From the NCBI GenBank assembly GCA_964016885.1, contig OZ024760.1, positions 32,736,001 to 32,800,000 on the forward strand: a stretch of 64,000 nt of DNA. Direction: 5' to 3'. Position 1 is the stretch's first letter, and each line of letters starts with the position of its first letter. A model generated the notes under the pieces. The model was not told the DNA's origin. It saw only the letters and a list, made by a program, of their open reading frames with translations, and ran no database searches. The position numbers were made by a program, and so were the translations under genes. This document shows positions 28,001 through 40,200 of this stretch, in pieces. The DNA comes from Eledone cirrhosa (lineage: Eukaryota).

Positions 28001-30625
28001 TCCACCCTGTACCGTGGTTGTGTAGATCTCAAGTCAGAAATCACCCAGTCCACTTTGTACAGTGGTTGTGTAGGTCTCAAGACAGAAAGCACCCGGTCCA
28101 CCCTGTACAGTGGCTGTGTAGGTCTCAAGACAGAAAGCATGCAGTCCACCATGTACATTGGTTGTGTAGGTCTCAAGACAGAAAGAACCCAGTCCACACT
28201 GAACAGTGGTTGTGTAGGTCTCAAGACAGAAAGCACCCAGTACTCACTGTACAGTGGTTGTGCATGTCTCAAGTCAGAAATCACCCAGTCCACCCTGTAC
28301 AGTGGTTGTGTAGGTCTCAAGTCAGAAAGCACCCAGTCCACCCTGTACAGTGGTTGTGTAGGTCTCAAGACAGAAAGCACCCAGTCCACCCTGTACAGTG
28401 GTTGTGTAGGTCTCAAGACAGAAAGAACCCAGTCCACCCTGTAGAGTGGTTGTGTAGGTCTCAAGACAGAAAGCACCCAGTCCACCCTGTACAGTGGTTG
28501 TGTAGGTCTCAAGACAGAAATCACCCAGTCCACCATGTACAGTGGTTGTGTAGGTCTCAAGACAGAAAGCACCCAGTCCACCCTGTACAGTGGTTGTTAG
28601 GTCTCAAGACAGAAAGTGCCCAGTCCACCCTGTACAGTGGTTGTGTAGGTCTCAAGACAGAAAGCACCCAGTCCACCCTGTACAGTGGTTGTGTAGGTCT
28701 CAAGACAGAAAGTGCCCAGTCCACCCTGTACAGTGGTTGTGTAGGTCTCAAGACAGAAAGCACCCAGTCCACCCTGTACAGTGGTTGTGTAGGTCTCAAG
28801 ACAGAAATCACCCAGTCCACCATGTACAGTGGTTGTGTAGGTCTCAAGACAGAAAGCACCCAGTCCACACTGTACAGTGGTTGTGTAGGTCTCAAGACAG
28901 AAAGCACCCAGTCCAACCTGTACAGTGGTTGTGTAGGTCTCAAGACAGAAAGTGCCCAGTCCACCCTGTACAGTGGTTGTGTAGGTCTCAAGACAGAAAT
29001 CACCCAGTCCACCATGTACAGTGGTTGTGTAGGTCTCAAGACAGAAAGCACCCAGTCCACCCTGTACAGTGGTTGTGTAGGTCTCAAGACAGAAATCACC
29101 CAGTCCACCATGTACAGTGGTTGTGTAGGTCTCAAGACAGAAAGCACCCAGTCCACACTGTACAGTGGTTGTGTAGGTCTCAAGACAGAAAGCACCCAGT
29201 CCAACCTGTACAGTGGTTGTGTAGGTCTCAAGACAGAAAGCACCCAGTCCACACTGTACAGTGGTTGTGTAGGTCTCAAGACAGAAAGCACCCAGTCCAC
29301 ACTGTACAGTGGTTGTGTAGGTCTCAAGACAGAAAGCACCCAGTCCAACCTGTACAGTGGTTGTGTAGGTCTCAAGACAGAAAGCACCCAGTCCACCCTG
29401 TACAGTGGTTGTGTAGGTCTCAAGACAGAAAGCACCCAGTCCACCCTGTACAGTGGTTGTGTAGGTCTCAAGACAGAAAGCACCCAGTCCAACCTGTACA
29501 GTGGTTGTGTAGGTCTCAAGACAGAAAGCACCCAGTCCACCCTGTACAGTGGTTGTGTAGGTCTCAAGACAGAAAGCACACAGTCCACCCTGTACAGTGG
29601 TTGTGTAGGTCTCAAGACAGAAAGCACCCAGTCCAACCTGTACAGTGGTTGTGTAGGTCTCAAGACAGAAAGCACCCAGTCCAACCTGTACAGTGGTTGT
29701 GTAGGTCTCAAGACAGAAAGCACCCAGTCCACACTGTACAGTGGTTGTGTAGGTCTCAAGACAGAAAGCACCCAGTCCAACCTGTACAGTGGTTGTGTAG
29801 GTCTCAAGACAGAAAGCACCCAGTCCAACCTGTACAGTGGTTGTGTAGGTCTCAAGACAGAAAGCACCCAGTCCACCCTGTACAGTGGTTGTGTAGGTCT
29901 CAAGACAGAAAGCACCCAGTCCACCCTGTACAGTGGTTGTGTAGGTCTCAAGACAGAAATCACCCAGTCCACCATGTACAGTGGTTGTGTAGGTCTCAAG
30001 ACAGAAAGCACCCAGTCCACCCTGTACAGTGGTTGTGTAGGTCTCAAGACAGAAAGTGCCCAGTCCACCCTGTACAGTGGTTGTGTAGGTCTCAAGACAG
30101 AAAGCACCCAGTCCAACCTGTACAGTGGTTGTGTAGGTCTCAAGACAGAAAGCACCCAGTCCAACCTGTACAGTGGTTGTGTAGGTCTCAAGACAGAAAG
30201 CACCCAGTCCACCCTGTACAGTGGTTGTGTAGGTCTCAAGACAGAAAGCACCCAGTCCAACCTGTACAGTGGTTGTGTAGGTCTCAAGACAGAAAGCACC
30301 CAGTCCAACCTGTTCAGTGTTTGTGTAGGTCTCAAGACAGAAAGCACCCAGTCCATCCTGTACAGTGGTTGTGTAGGTCTCAAGACAGAAATCACCCAGT
30401 CCACCCTGTACAGTGGTTGTGTAGATCTCAAGACAGAAAGCATGCAGTCCACCCTGTACAGTGGTTGTGTAGGTCTCAAGACAGAAAGCATGCAGTCCAC
30501 CCTGTACATTGGTTGTGTAGGTCTCAAGACAGAAATCACCCAGTCCACTTTGTACAGTGGTTGTGTAGGTCTCAAGACAGAAAGCATGCAGTCCACCATG
30601 TACATTGGTTGTGTAGGTCTCAAGA
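15170..30625 (+). repeat. Higher-order tandem duplication, period 7680 bp (160 monomers), becoming 7776/7775 after a 2-monomer insertion and a 1-bp deletion in the second copy
   Basis: ORF pairs 16654/24334, 16955/24635, 18610/26290 and 18850/26530 are offset by 7680. Ends 20668/28444 are offset by 7776. The ATGCAG marker at 22811/30586 is offset by 7775. Confidence 0.88.
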
Positions 30626-31249
30626 CAGAAAGCACCCAGTTCTCCCTGTACAGTGGTTGTGTAGGTCTCAAGACAGAAAGCACCCAGTACTCACTGTACA
30701 GTGGTTGTGCATGTCTCAAGTCAGAAATCACCCAGTCCTCCCTGTACAGTGGTTGTGTATGTCTCAAGACAGAAAGCACCCAGTCCACCCTGTACAGTGG
30801 TTGTGTAGGTCTCAAGTCACAAAGCACCCAGTCCACCCTGTACAGTGGTTGTGTAGGTCTCAAGACAGAAAGCACCCAGTCCACCCTGTACAGTGGTTGT
30901 GTAGGTCTCAAGACAGAAAGAACCCAGTCCACACTGTACAGTGGTTGTGTAGGTCTCAAGACAGAAAGCACCCAGTCCACTCTGTACAGTGGTTGTGTAG
31001 GTCTCAACACAGAAAGTGCCCAGTCCACCCTGTACAGTGGTTGTGTAGGTCTCAAGACAGAAATCACCCAGTTCACCCTGTACAGTGGTTGTGTAGGTCT
31101 CAAGACAGAAAGCACCCAGTCCACCCTGTACAGTGGTTGTGTAGGTCTCAAGACAGAAATCACCCAGTCCACCATGTACAGTGGTTGTGTAGGTCTCAAG
31201 ACAGAAAGCACCCAGTCCACACTGTACAGTGGTTGTGTAGGTCTCAAGA

Positions 31250-34200
31250 CAGAAAGCACCCAGTCCAACCTGTACAGTGGTTGTGTAGGTCTCAAGACAG
31301 AAAGCACCCAGTCCACACTGTACAGTGGTTGTGTAGGTCTCAAGACAGAAAGCACCCAGTCCACCATGTACAGTGGTTGTGTAGGTCTCAAGACAGAAAT
31401 CACCCAGTCCACAGTGTACAGTGGTTGTGTAGGTCTCTAGACAGAAAGCACCCAGTCCATCCTGTACAGTGGTTGTGTAGGTCTCAAGACAGAAAGTGCC
31501 CAATCCACCCTGTTCAGTGTTTGTGTAGGTCTCAAGACAGAAAGCATACAGTCCACCATGTACATTGGTTGTGTAGGTCTCAAGACAGAAATCACTCAGT
31601 CCACCCTGTACAGTGGTTGTGTAGGTCTCAAGAGAGAAAGCACCCAGTTCTCCCTGTACAGTGGTTGTGTAGGTCTGAAGACAGAAAGCACCCAGTACTC
31701 ACTGTACAGTGGTTGTGCAGGTCTCAAGTCAGAAATCACCCAGTCCACCCTGTACAGTGGTTGTGTAGGTCTCAAGTCAGAAATCACCCAGTCCACCCTG
31801 TACAGTGGTTGTGCAGGTCTCAAGACAGAAAGCACCCAGTTCTCCCTGTACAGTGGTTGTGTAGGTCTCAAGACAGAAAGCACCCAGTACTCACTGTACA
31901 GTGGTTGTGCATGTCTCAAGTCAGAAATCACCCAGTCCACCCTGTACAGTGGTTGTGTAGGTCTCAAGTCAGAAAGCATCCAGTCCACCCTGTACAGTGG
32001 TTGTGTAGGTCTCAAGACAGAAAGTGCCCAGTCCACCCTGTAGAGCGGTTGTGTAGGTCTCAAGACAGAAATCACCCAGTTCTCCCTGTACAGTGGTTGT
32101 GTAGGTCTCAAGACAGAAAGCACCCAGTACTCACTGTACAGTGGTTGTGCAGGTCTCAAGTCAGAAATCACCCAGTCCACCCTGTACAGTGGTTGTGTAG
32201 GTCTCAAGTCAGAAATCACCCAGTCCACCCTGTACAGTGGTTGTGCAGGTCTCAAGACAGAAAGCACCCAGTTCTCCCTGTACAGTGGTTGTGTAGGTCT
32301 CAAGACAGAAAGCAACCAGTACTCACTGTACAGTGGTTGTGCATGTATCAAGTCAGAAATCACCCAGTCCACCCTGTACAGTGGTTGTGTAGGTCTCAAG
32401 TCAGAAAGCATCCAGTCCACCCTGTACAGTGGTTGTGTAGGTCTCAAGACAGAAAGTGCCCAGTCCACCCTGTACAGCGGTTGTGTAGGTCTCAAGACAG
32501 AAATCACCCAGTTCACCCTGTACAGTGGTTGTGTAGGTCTCAAGACAGAAAGAACCCAGTCCTCCCTGTACAGTGGTTGTGTAGGTCTCAAGACAGAAAT
32601 CACCCAGTCCACCCTGTACAGTGGTTGTGTAGGTCTCAAGACAGAAAGCACCCAGTCCACCCTGTACAGTGGTTGTGTAGGCCTCAAGACAGAAAGCACC
32701 CAGTCCACACTGTACAGTGGTTGTGTAGGTCTCAAGACAGAAAGCACCCAGTCCACCCTGTACAGTGGTTGTGTAGGCCTCAAGACAGAAAGTGCCCAGT
32801 CCACCATGTACAGTGGTTGTGTAGGTCTCAAGACAGAAAGCACCCAGTCCACACTGTACAGTGGTTGTGTAGGTCTCAAGACAGAAAGCACCCAGTCCAA
32901 CCTGTACAGTGGTTGTGTAGGTGTCAAGACAGAAATCACCCAGTCCACTGTGTACAGTGGTTGTGTAGGTCTCTAGACAGAAAGCACCCAGTCCATCCTG
33001 TACAATGGTTCTGTAGGTCTCAAGACAGAAAGTGCCCAATCCACCCTGTTCAGTGTTTGTGTAGGTCTCAAGACAGAAAGCATACAGTCCACCATGTACA
33101 TTGGTTGTGTAGGTCTCAAGACAGAAATCACCCAGTTCACCCTGTACAGTGGTTGTGTAGGTCTCAAGACAGAAATCACCTAGTCCACCCTGTACAGTGG
33201 TTGTGTAGGTCTCAAGACAGAAAGCACCCAGTCCACCCTGTACAGTGGTTGTGTAGCTCTCAAGACAGAAAGCATGCAGTCCACCATGTACATTAGTTGT
33301 GTAGCTCTCAAGACAGAAAGCACCCAGTCCACTTTGTACAGTGGTTGTGTAGGTCTCAAGACAGAAAGTGCCCAGTCCACCCTTTACAGTGGTTGTGTAG
33401 GTCTCAAGACAGAAAGCACCCAGTCCACCCTGTACAGTGGTTGTGTAGGTCTCATGACAGAAAGTGCCCAGTCCACCCTGTACAGTGGTTGTGTAGGTCT
33501 CAAGACAGAAATCACCCAGTTCACCCTGTACAGTGGTTGTGTAGGTCTCAAGACAGAAAGCACCCAGTCCACCCTGTACAGTGGTTGTGTAGGTCTCAAG
33601 ACAGAAATCACCCAGTCCACCATGTACAGTGGTTGTGTAGGTCTCAAGACAGAAAGCACCCAGTCCACACTGTACAGTGGTTGTGTAGGTCTCAAGACAG
33701 AAAGCACCCAGTCCAACCTGTACAGTGGTTGTGTAGGTCTCAAGACAGAAAGCACCCAGTCCACACCGTACAGTGGTTGTGTAGGTCTCAAGACAGAAAT
33801 CACCCAGTCCACCATGTACAGTGGTTGTGTAGGTCTCAAGACAGAAAGCACCCAGTCCAACCTGTACAGTGGTTGTGTAGGTCTCAAGACAGAAAGCACC
33901 CAGTCCACACTGTACAGTGGTTGTGTAGGTCTCAAGACAGAAAGCACCCAGTCCACCATGTACAGTGGTTGTGTAGGTCTCAAGACAGAAATCACCCAGT
34001 CCACAGTGTACAGTGGTTGTGTAGGTCTCTAGACAGAAAGCACCCAGTCCATCCTGTACAGTGGTTGTGTAGGTCTCAAGACAGAAAGTGCCCAATCCAC
34101 CCTGTTCAGTGTTTGTGTAGGTCTCAAGACAGAAAGCATACAGTCCACCATGTACATTGGTTGTGTAGGTCTCAAGACAGAAATCACTCAGTCCACCCTG

Positions 34201-37200
34201 TACAGTGGTTGTGTAGGTCTCAAGAGAGAAAGCACCCAGTTCTCCCTGTACAGTGGTTGTGTAGGTCTGAAGACAGAAAGCACCCAGTACTCACTGTACA
34301 GTGGTTGTGCAGGTCTCAAGTCAGAAATCACCCAGTCCACCCTGTACAGTGGTTGTGTAGGTCTCAAGTCAGAAATCACCCAGTCCACCCTGTACAGTGG
34401 TTGTGCAGGTCTCAAGACAGAAAGCACCCAGTTCTCCCTGTACAGTGGTTGTGTAGGTCTCAAGACAGAAAGCACCCAGTACTCACTGTACAGTGGTTGT
34501 GCATGTCTCAAGTCAGAAATCACCCAGTCCACCCTGTACAGTGGTTGTGTAGGTCTCAAGTCAGAAAGCATCCAGTCCACCCTGTACAGTGGTTGTGTAG
34601 GTCTCAAGACAGAAAGTGCCCAGTCCACCCTGTAGAGCGGTTGTGTAGGTCTCAAGACAGAAATCACCCAGTTCTCCCTGTACAGTGGTTGTGTAGGTCT
34701 CAAGACAGAAAGCACCCAGTACTCACTGTACAGTGGTTGTGCAGGTCTCAAGTCAGAAATCACCCAGTCCACCCTGTACAGTGGTTGTGTAGGTCTCAAG
34801 TCAGAAATCACCCAGTCCACCCTGTACAGTGGTTGTGCAGGTCTCAAGACAGAAAGCACCCAGTTCTCCCTGTACAGTGGTTGTGTAGGTCTCAAGACAG
34901 AAAGCAACCAGTACTCACTGTACAGTGGTTGTGCATGTATCAAGTCAGAAATCACCCAGTCCACCCTGTACAGTGGTTGTGTAGGTCTCAAGTCAGAAAG
35001 CATCCAGTCCACCCTGTACAGTGGTTGTGTAGGTCTCAAGACAGAAAGTGCCCAGTCCACCCTGTACAGCGGTTGTGTAGGTCTCAAGACAGAAATCACC
35101 CAGTTCACCCTGTACAGTGGTTGTGTAGGTCTCAAGACAGAAAGAACCCAGTCCTCCCTGTACAGTGGTTGTGTAGGTCTCAAGACAGAAATCACCCAGT
35201 CCACCCTGTACAGTGGTTGTGTAGGTCTCAAGACAGAAAGCACCCAGTCCACCCTGTACAGTGGTTGTGTAGGCCTCAAGACAGAAAGCACCCAGTCCAC
35301 ACTGTACAGTGGTTGTGTAGGTCTCAAGACAGAAAGCACCCAGTCCACCCTGTACAGTGGTTGTGTAGGCCTCAAGACAGAAAGTGCCCAGTCCACCATG
35401 TACAGTGGTTGTGTAGGTCTCAAGACAGAAAGCACCCAGTCCACACTGTACAGTGGTTGTGTAGGTCTCAAGACAGAAAGCACCCAGTCCAACCTGTACA
35501 GTGGTTGTGTAGGTGTCAAGACAGAAATCACCCAGTCCACTGTGTACAGTGGTTGTGTAGGTCTCTAGACAGAAAGCACCCAGTCCATCCTGTACAGTGG
35601 TTCTGTAGGTCTCAAGACAGAAAGTGCCCAATCCACCCTGTTCAGTGTTTGTGTAGGTCTCAAGACAGAAAGCATACAGTCCACCATGTACATTGGTTGT
35701 GTAGGTCTCAAGACAGAAATCACCCAGTTCACCCTGTACAGTGGTTGTGTAGGTCTCAAGACAGAAATCACCTAGTCCACCCTGTACAGTGGTTGTGTAG
35801 GTCTCAAGACAGAAAGCACCCAGTCCACCCTGTACAGTGGTTGTGTAGCTCTCAAGACAGAAAGCATGCAGTCCACCATGTACATTAGTTGTGTAGCTCT
35901 CAAGACAGAAAGCACCCAGTCCACTTTGTACAGTGGTTGTGTAGGTCTCAAGACAGAAAGTGCCCAGTCCACCCTTTACAGTGGTTGTGTAGGTCTCAAG
36001 ACAGAAAGCACCCAGTCCACCCTGTACAGTGGTTGTGTAGGTCTCATGACAGAAAGTGCCCAGTCCACCCTGTACAGTGGTTGTGTAGGTCTCAAGACAG
36101 AAATCACCCAGTTCACCCTGTACAGTGGTTGTGTAGGTCTCAAGACAGAAAGCACCCAGTCCACCCTGTACAGTGGTTGTGTAGGTCTCAAGACAGAAAT
36201 CACCCAGTCCACCATGTACAGTGGTTGTGTAGGTCTCAAGACAGAAAGCACCCAGTCCACACTGTACAGTGGTTGTGTAGGTCTCAAGACAGAAAGCACC
36301 CAGTCCAACCTGTACAGTGGTTGTGTAGGTCTCAAGACAGAAAGCACCCAGTCCACACCGTACAGTGGTTGTGTAGGTCTCAAGACAGAAATCACCCAGT
36401 CCACCATGTACAGTGGTTGTGTAGGTCTCAAGACAGAAAGCACCCAGTCCAACCTGTACAGTGGTTGTGTAGGTCTCAAGACAGAAAGCACCCAGTCCAC
36501 CCTGTACAGTGGTTGTGTAGGTCTCAAGACAGAAAGCACCCAGTCCACCCTGTACAGTGGTTGTGTAGGTCTCAAGACAGAAATCACCCAGTCCACCATG
36601 TACAGTGGTTGTGTAGGTCTCAAGACAGAAAGCACCCAGTCCACCCTGTACAGTGGTTGTGTAGGTCTCAAGACAGAAAGTGCCCAGTCCACCCTGTACA
36701 GTGGTTGTGTAGGTCTCAAGACAGAAAGCACCCAGTCCAACCTGTACAGTGGTTGTGTAGGTCTCAAGACAGAAAGCACCCAGTCCAACCTGTACAGTGG
36801 TTGTGTAGGTCTCAAGACAGAAAGCACCCAGTCCACCCTGTACAGTGGTTGTGTAGGTCTCAAGACAGAAAGCACCCAGTCCAACCTGTACAGTGGTTGT
36901 GTAGGTCTCAAGACAGAAAGCACCCAGTCCAACCTGTTCAGTGTTTGTGTAGGTCTCAAGACAGAAAGCACCCAGTCCATCCTGTACAGTGGTTGTGTAG
37001 GTCTCAAGACAGAAATCACCCAGTCCACCCTGTACAGTGGTTGTGTAGATCTCAAGACAGAAAGCACCCAGTCCACACTGTACAGTGGTTGTGTAGGTCT
37101 CAAGACAGAAAGCACCCAGTCCACCATGTACAGTGGTTGTGTAGGTCTCAAGACAGAAATCACCCAGTCCACAGTGTACAGTGGTTGTGTAGGTCTCTAG

Positions 37201-40200
37201 ACAGAAAGCACCCAGTCCATCCTGTACAGTGGTTGTGTAGGTCTCAAGACAGAAAGTGCCCAATCCACCCTGTTCAGTGTTTGTGTAGGTCTCAAGACAG
37301 AAAGCATACAGTCCACCATGTACATTGGTTGTGTAGGTCTCAAGACAGAAATCACTCAGTCCACCCTGTACAGTGGTTGTGTAGGTCTCAAGAGAGAAAG
37401 CACCCAGTTCTCCCTGTACAGTGGTTGTGTAGGTCTGAAGACAGAAAGCACCCAGTACTCACTGTACAGTGGTTGTGCAGGTCTCAAGTCAGAAATCACC
37501 CAGTCCACCCTGTACAGTGGTTGTGTAGGTCTCAAGTCAGAAATCACCCAGTCCACCCTGTACAGTGGTTGTGCAGGTCTCAAGACAGAAAGCACCCAGT
37601 TCTCCCTGTACAGTGGTTGTGTAGGTCTCAAGACAGAAAGCACCCAGTACTCACTGTACAGTGGTTGTGCATGTCTCAAGTCAGAAATCACCCAGTCCAC
37701 CCTGTACAGTGGTTGTGTAGGTCTCAAGTCAGAAAGCATCCAGTCCACCCTGTACAGTGGTTGTGTAGGTCTCAAGACAGAAAGTGCCCAGTCCACCCTG
37801 TAGAGCGGTTGTGTAGGTCTCAAGACAGAAATCACCCAGTTCTCCCTGTACAGTGGTTGTGTAGGTCTCAAGACAGAAAGCACCCAGTACTCACTGTACA
37901 GTGGTTGTGCAGGTCTCAAGTCAGAAATCACCCAGTCCACCCTGTACAGTGGTTGTGTAGGTCTCAAGTCAGAAATCACCCAGTCCACCCTGTACAGTGG
38001 TTGTGCAGGTCTCAAGACAGAAAGCACCCAGTTCTCCCTGTACAGTGGTTGTGTAGGTCTCAAGACAGAAAGCAACCAGTACTCACTGTACAGTGGTTGT
38101 GCATGTATCAAGTCAGAAATCACCCAGTCCACCCTGTACAGTGGTTGTGTAGGTCTCAAGTCAGAAAGCATCCAGTCCACCCTGTACAGTGGTTGTGTAG
38201 GTCTCAAGACAGAAAGTGCCCAGTCCACCCTGTACAGCGGTTGTGTAGGTCTCAAGACAGAAATCACCCAGTTCACCCTGTACAGTGGTTGTGTAGGTCT
38301 CAAGACAGAAAGAACCCAGTCCTCCCTGTACAGTGGTTGTGTAGGTCTCAAGACAGAAATCACCCAGTCCACCCTGTACAGTGGTTGTGTAGGTCTCAAG
38401 ACAGAAAGCACCCAGTCCACCCTGTACAGTGGTTGTGTAGGCCTCAAGACAGAAAGCACCCAGTCCACACTGTACAGTGGTTGTGTAGGTCTCAAGACAG
38501 AAAGCACCCAGTCCACCCTGTACAGTGGTTGTGTAGGCCTCAAGACAGAAAGTGCCCAGTCCACCATGTACAGTGGTTGTGTAGGTCTCAAGACAGAAAG
38601 CACCCAGTCCACACTGTACAGTGGTTGTGTAGGTCTCAAGACAGAAAGCACCCAGTCCAACCTGTACAGTGGTTGTGTAGGTGTCAAGACAGAAATCACC
38701 CAGTCCACTGTGTACAGTGGTTGTGTAGGTCTCTAGACAGAAAGCACCCAGTCCATCCTGTACAGTGGTTCTGTAGGTCTCAAGACAGAAAGTGCCCAAT
38801 CCACCCTGTTCAGTGTTTGTGTAGGTCTCAAGACAGAAAGCATACAGTCCACCATGTACATTGGTTGTGTAGGTCTCAAGACAGAAATCACCCAGTTCAC
38901 CCTGTACAGTGGTTGTGTAGGTCTCAAGACAGAAATCACCTAGTCCACCCTGTACAGTGGTTGTGTAGGTCTCAAGACAGAAAGCACCCAGTCCACCCTG
39001 TACAGTGGTTGTGTAGCTCTCAAGACAGAAAGCATGCAGTCCACCATGTACATTAGTTGTGTAGCTCTCAAGACAGAAAGCACCCAGTCCACTTTGTACA
39101 GTGGTTGTGTAGGTCTCAAGACAGAAAGTGCCCAGTCCACCCTTTACAGTGGTTGTGTAGGTCTCAAGACAGAAAGCACCCAGTCCACCCTGTACAGTGG
39201 TTGTGTAGGTCTCATGACAGAAAGTGCCCAGTCCACCCTGTACAGTGGTTGTGTAGGTCTCAAGACAGAAATCACCCAGTTCACCCTGTACAGTGGTTGT
39301 GTAGGTCTCAAGACAGAAAGCACCCAGTCCACCCTGTACAGTGGTTGTGTAGGTCTCAAGACAGAAATCACCCAGTCCACCATGTACAGTGGTTGTGTAG
39401 GTCTCAAGACAGAAAGCACCCAGTCCACACTGTACAGTGGTTGTGTAGGTCTCAAGACAGAAAGCACCCAGTCCAACCTGTACAGTGGTTGTGTAGGTCT
39501 CAAGACAGAAAGCACCCAGTCCACACCGTACAGTGGTTGTGTAGGTCTCAAGACAGAAAGCACCCAGTCCACCATGTACAGTGGTTGTGTAGGTCTCAAG
39601 ACAGAAAGCACCCAGTCCACACTGTACAGTGGTTGTGTAGGTCTCAAGACAGAAAGCACCCAGTCCAACCTGTACAGTGGTTGTGTAGGTGTCAAGACAG
39701 AAATCACCCAGTCCACTGTGTACAGTGGTTGTGTAGGTCTCAAGACAGAAAGCACCCAGTCCATCCTGTACAGTGGTTCTGTAGGTCTCAAGACAGAAAG
39801 TGCCCAATCCACCCTGTTCAGTGTTTGTGTAGGTCTCAAGACAGAAAGCATACAGTCCACCATGTACATTGGTTGTGCAGGTCTCAAGACAGAAATCACT
39901 CAGTCCACCCTGTACAGTGGTTGTGTAGGTCTCAAGACAGAAAGCACCCAGTTCTCCCTGTACAGTGGTTGTGTAGGTCTCAAGACAGAAAGCAACCAGT
40001 ACTCACTGTACAGTGGTTGTGCATGTATCAAGTCAGAAATCACCCAGTCCACCCTGTACAGTGGTTGTGTAGGTCTCAAGTCAGAAAGCATCCAGTCCAC
40101 CCTGTACAGTGGTTGTGTAGGTCTCAAGACAGAAAGTGCCCAGTCCACCCTGTACAGCGGTTGTGTAGGTCTCAAGACAGAAATCACCCAGTTCACCCTG

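Noticed and set aside
12971-28444. Ice-nucleation-protein-like or mucin-like 16-aa Ser/Thr repeat protein
   Set aside because: It shares only the 16-residue period and an STQ triplet, and lacks the AGYGST-type motif. The frame is broken repeatedly by TAG and has no flanking domains.
28590-28610. Programmed frameshift joining two repeat frames in ORF 26530-31440
   Set aside because: It is simply a 1-bp deletion in one monomer, absent from sister copies, with no slippery site and no evidence of coding.
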